Below, piece by piece: positions 42,301 through 54,300 of a stretch of 64,000 nucleotides of DNA; position 1 is the first letter of the stretch; every line of letters begins with the position of its first letter. A program made the translations under genes and the position numbers. Location of the stretch: NCBI GenBank assembly GCA_024704765.1, contig JAKMXF010000066.1, forward strand, positions 627,854 through 691,853, in the 5' to 3' direction. The DNA is from Oopsacas minuta (Eukaryota; Animalia; Porifera). The notes under the pieces were generated by a model. The model worked only from the letters and a program-made list of their open reading frames with translations, ran no database searches and was not told the DNA's origin.

Positions 42301-45300
42301 TTACTTGGCAACAAGGCATTTTTATTATTGGGGATACGATCTATAGCAATCTAGTTGCTTATAAATACAGTTGTATGTTTGTTCGTTTACTAATCAGCTA
42401 CGCTATATGAGTCATAGTGTGAATAGGCTGAAAAGATTCGTAATTTATAGATGAGGTAATGACTAAATTGTGGCATTAGATTATTCTCTGATATAATTAA
42501 CAGGGGCTGACTAGAGCTTGGGGTGTCAGGGGTAATTGTTATATACAACCATAAACTGTAAGTAGTAAGTATAATTTAATAGGAATTAATCACAATACAT
42601 TCAAAACCTTAAAATTACGTATTTTAAACATAGAATCTAGCAATCACAGAATATATTATATTACTCATATTTGTAATATTTCAGGAGTTTGTTATTCAAG
42701 CTGAGTGTTATAGAGAAATTGCTAACAAATAAAAAAATAAATAAAGTTTAATGCTACATATGATTGCAGTGATTATATTGTGTCAGGATTTTCATCAATA
42801 ATATCCATATATGAAGGGGGACGAGATGTTACAGAGATGCCGGCTGTACCTTCAAAATTATAAGACGCGAGATTGCGAGAAGCTCGAGCACTATCCATAG
42901 TTCGTGGCCGCGAATGTCTACGCCTTATAGCTATTTGTTTCTTCAAAGTTCCTATTTTAAACTCCTTTTGTTGTACTGATATTATTAGTCCGCCAGATAA
43001 GGCAATGAAAAAAATCAAGCCAATAGTACTGATACCTAATACAATAGTAACGATGTACTTCCAAGGACTTCCTTCATCACAACTGATACCGGACCACACA
43101 GCGAAGAGATACACCAACTCCGTGGGGACAGAGCAAATAGTCCATATGACGAGAAGAGTAAAACAAGTGAGAGAGGTAGCGAAGCAACAACTGTGGTCAC
43201 AGTTTGGCATAATAACGATATTAAGGACCTTCAGCTAGACTTATCAGTTATTTCAGCTGGAGTATATCATCAAAAATGGTTTACAAAACGAGATAGAAAT
43301 TTTGGTTGAGTTATAATACCACAAATCCGTATGACAACAATTATGGTAATTAACTGGAGGAACATTGTGCAGTAGACTCCCGTAATATCAAACACGAATA
43401 TATCTAAATAACCACTAATATCGAAGTAAGTATTACGGTCCCTTGAGTTGTGATATAACAGGAGTTGGGTACACTTGAGATTATATTAATTTGATAATTT
43501 AGATAATTGCATTAATTATTATCAGCAAATTGAGCATAGGAAGGTGGATTTGAAAATGTATGATTTCTGCCTTCAACATACGGTGTATAACCAGGTAGGC
43601 TTGAGTGAAATCCCCGCAATCCGCTTAGCTGTAACCTGCTCTCCTCCAAAGATGAACTTGTGAAAGTGCCATCCTCATTTTGCCTCCAAGAATCGCTATA
43701 CCTAGAATTTACTGCGTGTAATTCATTCCATATGACAATAGTAAAGCAGCAACAAGTAGCTGCTAAACACACCAGCATCATGCCAAGTATAAACTGCATG
43801 AAGAGTACAATTAAGACAACTGCCAAACTCTCTCGGACTGTTCCAATTTTCGCATCTTTCTCATAGCCAGAAATTGAGAATAATATCGTCACGACCAATG
43901 AAGAAACTTCAATAAGCAACAGGCAAAAGCATAGATATATTGTACAGCATGAAATACAGTATTTACGCGATTTTGTCATTGTGTTTTCCCAAGCTAAAAT
44001 GTTTATAATTGTTTCGTACGAATTGTAATTTATACCGTAAATATTGCTGAGCCTACTGTAATTTCTAATTGAAATAGATATCAGTAGATTACCCAGCGTA
44101 AGCAATGAAAATCCTTGTAATATTATGTCATATGAAAGTGTCTGAAATAAGTGATTTGGATTTGTAAATATTTTCATGAAGATATTATTTCACAGGAAAA
44201 TTTGGTTGTTTGCATTTTAAGGAAATATGCAATATGCCATTATGGATTGCTGGTTTGGTTCAGGTGTTTTATGATGATTGTGCAAACACAGGAAGTAAAA
44301 GAATGGCAATTTGTGATCATTATTAAGCAACCAAAAATGTTATTCGTATTTACTTTAGAGGAAGAAATCGCAAAAAATATTTACGGTATACATATTTATA
44401 AATATGAATTGGTCATCAACAACTAAAAGATCTTCAACAAAAAGTGAAATTCTCCAATTGAGTCTCAGACCATATTTCCTAGGATTATATTTCATCTTCT
44501 TATGCTCAATAATTCTCATACAAATTATTATATTCTTAATAAAAGGCCAAACTTCTTCTGAAGTGAATTGTTACTTGGATATAAGTCTACTTGTCCTATT
44601 GATATTGGGGAATATCCCAATTGCATTTGTAAACCTAATTATCCTGAAGAAACTGAGAGGGGCGAATGCTACGATGAAACTTGATAAAAGAAGCTTATAC
44701 CAAACATCTGTGTATGCTCATACTCGAGTTTTGGAGTATAGAACTTCTTATCTCTAGATTATTCTATTTGTTCATATTTTTATTCTATTATTAATACATT
44801 ACACTTCTTTTTAACATATTTTCTAAGGACCGGGCTAGATATTATTAGAACAGTAAATCCCAGTTATAAGAAACCCTTGGGAGTAGGGATACATGTTCTT
44901 AAAACCAGCATAAAGTATAGAGGAATATATGAGAACCGTTTTCAGAAGAGGGTGCTTATATCCAGCATGTTCTTATAACAGGTATCCACTGTACTGCATA
45001 GCAGTACATACTAAGGTATAGCTGATGGCGAAGAAAATGAAACAAAAGAGTGTCAAATAATCTGCCATTGAAAATCATCAAACTTGAAACTCGCAAATAT
45101 TCTATTCAAATTGTTACAATCGATAAGAACTAGATAGCGTATATATATATATATAGGAGTATATAGGTTAAATAACTCCTAAAAGTTAAAGTTATCTGAA
45201 AATGCGCAAAGATATATTTTTCGCATTATTACTCTCACTCTATACAGTGATAGCAGAGATATCTCTAGACCTTGATGAGTACACATTACAAGATAAACAA

Positions 45301-48300
45301 GTAGGTCAGGGAGCTGGATTATTACTAAATTCAACTCCTTTTATAACAGGATTGATAATTTTGATTATTATAGTTTGTGTTATAATGTGTGTAGGAGTTG
45401 TGATTGGATGTTGTTGTAGTAAAATGGCTTATGATACTGAGAGAGAAGTTAAGAAAATACATTTGTGACTGTTTGATTGAAATGCTATTAAATGATATTA
45501 AATATTTTCTATTTATAAACTGGCTATTCGTACGGACTAGTGCTTATAGAAATTGAATCCATACGCACGACACCTATTAGGTTAAATTTTGGGCAAAATT
45601 AAGAGTTAGAAAATATTGACACCTCCCTAAAAAGGGGAGTAATGAATTGACCTATCAGATTTGGGGGTATACTCAGGACATGCAGGCTGATATTCTATTG
45701 GTTTAATTGAATATACAAGTTACATAGTGGGAATTGATTGAATACAAGGGCTATGCCAGCAGACAGGTTAAATGAATTGTTGCTAAATAACTTTCAAAAG
45801 AGATAGGTTATTCCAAGTCAGGAAATGTGCTAAATAAAACACAAAATAGTTGTATTATGAAGTTCTACTAAAACTGATAAATATGTTGGCAGAGCAAATA
45901 TTATTAATTAAATCATAGTAAATTCAACTATTGTGTTCTTGGAAAATATAATTATTCTCCATTCGATTACTCACAAATATTTATATGCACAATCTATCTC
46001 CCCAAAATACCAAGAAAATTACTCTTTGAAAGGTAATCTAAATACAGCAAATACAAGTATAAATATGGTGAAAAATTCCATTATCATCAACAGAATGACA
46101 TTACCAACTGTAGTTACAATAATAGTCATAACAGCCTCATTATACATAGCATATTACGTCATATATGTATCTGTACACACAGACAACTTATCTACTAACT
46201 CTTCAATTCACGTTATCCCTGATGGATACGTTATTAAAGATATTATAGTGCTTATAGTCAAAGGCTTAAGCGTGCTATGTGTTGGAGGGATAGTTTGTTG
46301 TATTATTTCTATTGCATGTGTTTTATATGATGGAAAATGTTAAATTAATATTATAGCTCAAATCAGCGGTCCCAACCTGGGTCCATTGACCTCTTGGTGG
46401 TCCAGGGAGGACAGCAGAGGATCCACACTCCACAGGATATGTTAAATTTGTGATGTTAATTAATAGCTCAAATATACTTTAATAATATCTACATAAGAAT
46501 ACACAAATATTAGTTAGGCTTATACACACGTGTAGCTTCCCTCCCCACGGCATGAGAGCCGTCGGTAGCTATCACTCTTTCCCTCTCAAGTACTTGAACA
46601 CGACCACTTTGTGTCAACCCGGCAACTCTAGTGATATGCTTATTAACCAATACCCCGTCAATAATAACTTGCTCTACTTCTTCGCCAACTATCAGAGGCT
46701 GTGCAGCTGGTTGATTACGTCTAACTACTTGATTGTTATAACTTCTTTGTTGTCGAGGTAGTCGTTCTCGTTGTTGTTGTTCTCCCTCACATAAACAACA
46801 ACAACACCCGTAGTACACACAACATACAATTAGACCCATTTTAAAGAAAACTGAGTCATTCAGACAATATATACATACATCAGTCCCATAGCCTATTAAA
46901 GTGTAACATTATATTGGGTATTATAGGAATAATACGTAATTACGTATATACAGAAATATGCTTAATCTACAGATAGGAATTCAAATATTTGAATTAATCT
47001 GGAAAAGTAGGATTGACTGAGAATTGTTAAGCTCCACCTTGAGTAATTTAAAAATCTCCGTTACAACATGCTTGGAATTTGGTATGATGTTAAATGTTCA
47101 ATAAATATTAAAATAATAATTCCTTACATGCTATGGGGTGATACAAATATACTATTAATACACACCAACTAGTTAGCTATCACTCTGTACTTCTACAAGT
47201 AACTAAACATTCCACTATTCGTCATTACTTATTAATCGAGCGATCATGCATGACAGGTTGTGCCACTTCCTCAGCAACTATCGTAGGATATGCAGGTGGT
47301 GGTGGTGTATCACATCTAAATACTGAGTTATCATGACCTCTCTGTTGTGGTTGAGATCTATGTTCTTCTTCCTTTTGAAGTCTTCGCCGTTCAAGTTGTT
47401 GTTCAATTTGATATTGCTGCTGCTGCTGCTGTAACCGTTGAATTCGTTCTCGTTCAAGTTGAAGTTGTTGTTCCAGCTCAAGTTGCTGCTGCTGCTGCAG
47501 TAGTAGTTGTTGAATTCGTTGCTGTTCCATTTGTAGTTGTTGTTCTATAATTTGTTCCTGTTGTTGTCTAATTTGACCTTGAAGTTGTACCATTTGTATT
47601 TGTTGTTCTACATGATGATCTTCTTGTTGTTGTCGTTGCTGTTGTTGAGTCTGTTGAATTTGTCGAATTTGTCGTTTGCGTTTTTTATTTTGTCGCTCTT
47701 CATCTGTCTCACAACATAAACAACAACAGCAAAGATAGTAAAGACAACACAATATACACATTTTAAAATGAAAACTGAGATATTCACATAATATATAGTA
47801 TGTATTGCCTAATTTCAGTGTAATCAATAGTGAGAGTTATAGGAATGTATAATGTGGAATAGATATGTTTGTTAATGTATTACTTACTTCTAATTCATTA
47901 CACACACAAACAAACCAAATACAAATCACAAACAAACAATTAAACTCAAATCAAGAAAACGGTGGAGTACAACTATCCTGTACAAACGGCTTACTGGGAT
48001 TATTACCTCCGAAAGCTGAATAGTGTCTGGTGACTTTAACTCCATCAACATATCCTGTCTCAGTCTTCTGTTCCTTAAACAAAGGAGTACGGTCTGTCGA
48101 CGGGTTTATTGTCCGAGGAGAATTTCTATTCCGGAATGAATGATAGGAAACCTGTGGAGTTACGAATTTAGCACCTTTGTGATTACCAAAATCTTCATCA
48201 CAGCAAGTTATACAACAACAAACAATACTAGGGATTAGGAATGTTATGAAAATACAGCTGGAGCATCCGAGGATTACTGCAGAAATCAGGAACTGAAAAT

Positions 48301-51300
48301 TAAAGAAGCGAAGAGTCCAATCTACTGTTGTGGTAACCGTAACAGATGAATTCAATGTAACATATGCATATGAACTAAGGTCCCATACCAGGACAATGCA
48401 GGTCCCGTTCGGTCCGACCGAGCAATTCATTAGCTCAGTTGGATTCGTTTTATTGCTATCATTTATGGTTATCTGTATTCCTGTCTCGTTAGGGGCAGTG
48501 GCTTGTAAAAACAGTAGTAACGGTTTAGTCTTGAAAATATTCGTGAAATAATGCGAGGAATTGATAGGGATAGGACTGACTGTAGTATTCGGAGGGAAGG
48601 AAATATCGTTGGAAGTTAAATTAGCGAGCAATTCTTTATCATGGGTAATGAAGAATATTACACAACTCGGAATGAGCACTAGTAACGCCAGGATCATAAA
48701 ACATACATTACAGAAGGCACAAATAAAACTAAAAGTCCCCATTTTAAAACGATAATCTGAGATCTTCAAGCTAGCTATATATCCGAGCCAGTGCCTACTA
48801 CAACAAGATTATTAAAGCTTAAAGTAATAGCAGACTAATTATTGTGTTTATTCAGCAGTTTACTTGGAAACATTTCTCAATGCATTGGCAGTAATATAAT
48901 ATCTGCTATCACATATATGAGTCAGAGAGCTACAAGGCCAATTGAAAGTGACGCCAATGATCTATGTGGAGACAATGTGGCCAAACATATGACCACAGGA
49001 ATGAGGAACCATGAGCATAAAGATTTCAACAATCTGTATAAAATATCATTAAGGTAACTACAATTATAATGACATACAGATACAGATAAGGACAATCTAC
49101 TTATAGAGTCAGATTTAGTTTAGCCTTGATTTCCTTCTCAGACTTATCCTGTCCAGCTTTCTTCTCTGCTAGTTTATTCTCAAAAACTTGAAAATTTGTG
49201 AGTTCTGATTTCTTCCCCTCAGCTATAATAGTATGTGAGGGTGATGTTGTGTGAACTGAATTGGTGGGGGAAGCAGTTGTTTTAGGGTTCTCCACGTCCT
49301 GATTAGGAAGTGGGACTAAGAAAAACTGGCAACTCATTATGCAAGTCATACAAAACGAAAGAAGACAGAAACCAATAGGAAATCCTATTAAAGTAACTGG
49401 AATAATATCGGTAGCAGTAGTATAATTGCAATTATTGAAAAGACAAGCGTTATGATGTGACAAACCCCGCAACAGCAAACTGCCCTCCCACGAGATCTGA
49501 TAAACTTTACTTCTAATTCTCCCATTTGAGCTCTGTAGTCTTTTGAATTTTGGGTTGAGTATTTGATTTGATTAATTTTCACAGAATTACTTCATATTTA
49601 TAATAGTAAAGCAGGACCTTACGACTATGTTAGAGACTCACCGTGGGAAGCAAACATTATCATTTTATGAATTCATTTGACTTCATGACGACACAGAGAA
49701 AGAAAATATCACGCAAGGAATGTTTTAGAAATCTCATTAAATCAGTGTGTAACACTATCTCAATTCTAAAATGCCTTCAATGTATTTACCTACTTAGCAT
49801 ATTGAAAGTGAACTGATAACAGAATTGGATTATATGCAATTATTTACTGTCAGATGTGATATTTTGAAGCACAAGCGACTGCGATAATTACAGTGGAATC
49901 TCGTTAATACGAATTTCCGGATAAGACGACCAAAAAATGTGGACGTTTCCTCCCAAAATGGATATAAAGTCTGTACTAAAGTGTCACAATGATACAGTTC
50001 GACAAAACCAAAGTTGACACAATTCCCAATTAGCCCAAGTAAGGACCAACACATATCACCACTGCATATAGCCAGAACAATAGTATACATTCTATTGCCA
50101 GTCTTCTACAGTATGTCTGCTAATAGCTAACAAGAAATAACCAGCCTACAAAAAGTACGAGCTGTTCGCCAACATGTTGTTGAATACCTAGCTATTCTCC
50201 ACGTATGTACTAGATTAGTATGTAAATTGGAATAAGCATTAAACATTAGGTAACACAGGTACGAATCCACATAACAATAACTATATTCACTCAATCACGA
50301 ATAAGTCAAGCACGCGAGTGAACTTTTGGTATAAAAATGGAATTTAGAAGTTTGTCATAAATGAAAAATCGCAATATTTTGGTGATCACTCTATTGGTGA
50401 TTGTATTTATTCTGATTTCTCTATTGGTGTCTACTGGTTTGTGTGTATTAATTCTCTCATTTGTTAATTATGGACAACTTTACAAAAAAGATATAATTAT
50501 ATCTACAAACCAAACAATCGATCTTGAAATAAATTCAGTAGATTGTCCGGTGAAATACGGCGGGGGTCAGAATCTTCTGAATCTTACAATCTCAAATCCA
50601 ACACCTTCAAGGCTGGATGTATATGTAGAAATCAAAAGCAAGGAAACAAACTTCAATAAAAGCTGTATGGCGCATCCTGGAGATAGCTGTAGTGTTAAAT
50701 TGGACGAGAGTAACGCATTTCGAGTTTCATTACAGACAAATACTTCACAAATATATTCTACAGAAACTATTGCCTTAGTCTTGTCTTGTGAAGTTAATAG
50801 TAATGCACTAGCAATCACTGGAGGTATTATTCTAAGTGTTGGGATTATTTCGGGAATAGTGTTGTTATTGTTTGTTATTGTTTGTTTAATTAATTGGAAT
50901 TGTTTTAGTGACAGCTCCAATGCATTATACGGATAAATATATTTACAAATATCTGTTGTATTATATCCATATTATAAATTCTAATTACAGTATTCATTGA
51001 AACAAAAGTATCCAGATTGGTTACGTCATCATTACCATGGCGATAATAGCAAAGAATAAATTTAATTTCTCAGTCATCATTCAACAAATCTCAAAATCTT
51101 TGAATAAATATTAAAGGCGTAAAAGTATAGCAAATAATATCTACACATATCTAATAGAGGCATTGTGGGGTGTACTCGGTTGTGTAGTGGGTAATTCTTT
51201 GAAAGGAACATTGTCAATGTAATCCAAGGGAATAGGAGAGTTTGCTTGAGGGAACGAATCAGGACTGCGTTTTTGCAAACATTTCAAAACCCAAATAGAG

Positions 51301-54300
51301 CAGCAATTATAGTAGAAAAGTGAGATAATAACTATTAATACGAGAGAGATTATTAGTGTGCAGAAGGATGCGACTTTTACTGGGTTTTCCCAGTAATCGC
51401 AGTACCAAATAAATTGTGTCTGATTATATTTGCTATTTCTAGTGGAAGGGACTACAACTGCCAAGAAATGTGTATGATGGATTGGGAAATTCAGGCTACA
51501 AGTAACACCAGGAGCTGAAGCACATGTTGAAATGAGATTTGTATAACCTTGATCATTCCTACCAGCGTAATAATGGAGTAATAGACTCTCAGTTGCACCT
51601 GAATCAGTAAGTAGATTAAGTTGTAGATAGTAGAACTTGTCATTGAATAGAAATAAACTGAACTTTGGACACATTTCTAGGTTAAAATTCAGGTCAAACT
51701 CTTCGCCATTAACTATATCGCCGATATATGTAATTGGAGAAGAAACAGATAGAATAGAAATAGCGAGTAGGACAGATGAGATTATCAAAGAAATTAATAA
51801 TAGAATGAAAATTAATGTTATAGCAAGGAAACAATATTTTATCGTGCATGTAGTGCATCCACATAGTGTTGACAAATAGCTAATGAATTTCACCATATTT
51901 GCTAGAATATTTTTATGCAACATACAGTGTATACATACATATATATATCACATGGAAATTCATACAATGCATTCATTAGCGTGTCGTAGCATACATAGTT
52001 TTGAGTGACCCAAATAGAGAAAATCTATTCAACCAAATCGATATATGAATATTACTCACTCTAGTTTTGCTATCCACAGCTTGTAATAAATGCTTCTTTG
52101 CGTCTTCCAAAAAGCGTAATCGAGAATGTAGAATTTTGTAAGTGACAAGAGGTTCATTTGGTTTTTGACTTTGATAGAATAAAATGCAAGTTTTAGCTGC
52201 ATCAATATGATCCTAGAGAATCACAAATTATGTGAATGTTACGAAAATAGTATAAATGAAAAATAATAGAAATACAGTCACATCTCATTTATCGAAGCAC
52301 AAGGGCAAACTTCCACTCCGTTGCAAGTTGAATTAGAGTAAAAATAATTCGTAACAAACCTTAATAAAATTCTGCAACTCATAAGCTATATTATAAAGAT
52401 TCCGTTTAGTGAAATAATCACAGCTCTCTTTGAAGAAAAAGCTCCAATACCTCAACGTTGGGTCATTAGTAATTATATCTTTCTTCAAATCCTCCCAGAG
52501 TCCCTGCTTCATACAAGGAATTAGCAAGCCATCGCGAAAAGTCTCAGAAGTACAATTCTAGAAAAATCAAAGGTGTCAATTGTCAAATAACAAATAAAAA
52601 AATAATGGTATACTCCAAATAATAGAGCCAGGTAATCTACAATGGTCTGGTCCCAATGTGACCCTATAAGTGGAGGCTAGTGTAATTAAATGAACTAACT
52701 TGAGCTTGCACATATAGACAGGCCTTCTTCACCATTTTATACTTAATCAAAAATTCGAGTGTTTGTTTTTGAGATCCATAAGTCTTAAGATAATACTGTA
52801 CTTCTTCAAATTGTAATTGATTCATGTGTGTGGCGTTTGTAGATTTATTTTCTGAGTCAATTATTGAGTTAAGTAATAGAATATTGTCTTTACGGAGTGA
52901 CTGGAGTATTTCGTCAGGATTCCAAATGGATAGGACTGAGTTTTCTATCTGTTCTACTATCTGAGTAATTAGTGATTGGTTCTGTTGGGAAGGAACTAAA
53001 ATGTTGGAAATAATAGTAATTACAAGAAATATATTAGTCGTTATAAGAAAATCAGCTGATAATTATGCAATATGAGAGTTTATGCCAGCTGTTCCCAACC
53101 TTGGGTTCACGGACGACAGCAGGGTCCACAAAATGTGAAAAAGGTTGGGAATCGCTGAAATAGGACAAATTCCATAGTTATACCTTGTTGCTGCGCTGTA
53201 TCCCCTATCGGTTGCAGACAATGTTTGAATTTCTCTCTGGCAGCTTCGTAACGTCCGTCTTTAAGGCAAGACAAGCCCCAAGAAACCCAAACAGAGAGAG
53301 TATCCAGCACACACTTAGTGCTAATATCAAGAGCTAAATGCCAGTAGCTGTAACGTATCAGTGTATCTCTGAGATATCTGGTCTCTTCTGTATCAGATAG
53401 TTGAGGGAGGGAAGGAATTATAATCTCACTGTCTTGCTTAGAGATTATAGACTGTATTAGACCAATCCGGTCTAGGTATAGATCACATTTATTCACCTAA
53501 GATCACTCTCATAATAATTACAAATACAGTAGACTCTCGTCAATACGAAGTTCCACATATCTACCCGAAATCAGGTCTATACAATGGTAATTGAATTGGA
53601 ATTACAGTTGCTATGGTTATAAGAACACCTTTGGAGTAGCAAATATGTTCTTATAACCGATATGAATTATACAAGAGTATGCGAGAACCGTTTTCCAGAG
53701 GATTGTCCTCATATTTCATGTTCTCAAAACCGGTGTTCGTATTTGCGAGGTTCCACTGGGATAATTAGTTCGTGACTTACCCCTTCAGCCGATTCTGTCG
53801 TTGAAAATAATAATTTGGATTTATTGAGTAGCTTCTTCATCATATCAACAACATAAATACAATCTACTTCAGTAGAGTCAAATACTTCCTTCAATTTCTC
53901 AGATAGTTTCACAGCTAAATCAAGTAGGAATATTGCTGTTTTATCGTTATCAGAATGTAGCATTGCTATATTGATACAAAGATCTGGATTAGGAGCTTGC
54001 TCGAAGTAAAAATCAGACCGAAGTTTGTTGTTTTTTTCACGATTATTCCTGTTTAGTTCCCAAAAGTAGGAATGTCTTGGTTTGAAGAGAGCATCTGGAT
54101 GTTCTCTCTCTATAAATGAAGAACTAAGACTATTCGATTTCTTATGGCCTTTCATCTTTAGGCCTGAATCTTGGACATCAGGCGAAGGCTTTGAGTAATA
54201 AGTTTTGTGACAGGAAATGCACACACGTACGAGACCTTGGTAACCATCAACGTGATATCTAATTGAAGATATCAGTAGGAATATTTCATTAATTATACAG

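Larger units (their letters stand above)
33536..52059 (-). other. 18.5-kb ZFYVE26 intron hosting about 21 small membrane-protein genes
   Basis: Donor AGA|gtgagt at 52059 and acceptor ttttag|GTT at 33536 are both phase 0. The flanking exons join as ...KHLLQAVDSKTR/VKQESKPIADLNAYLENIKLQ..., with no missing spastizin segment. Confidence 0.85.

Noticed and set aside
49388-49420. Programmed ribosomal frameshift in the 49101-49525 gene
   Set aside because: A -1 shift is needed but there is no X XXY YYZ slippery heptamer or obvious downstream structure. A mutation or sequence error is simpler.
34660-51879. Alternative-frame or antisense ORFs inside the array (34660, 36045, 37308, 40844, 42873, 43660, 44151, 46552, 47278, 47347, 47537, 48330, 48561, 50567, 51637)
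   Set aside because: They overlap better-supported ORFs or are by-products of low-complexity codons, and lack family features.
33536-52059. The array as an integrated virus or giant-virus fragment (intronless small ORFs, PPxY late-domain-like motifs)
   Set aside because: No polymerase, capsid, integrase or terminal repeats are visible. Spacers carry the same host MITEs and composition, and related genes lie in a second intron and outside. A remote viral origin is not excluded.
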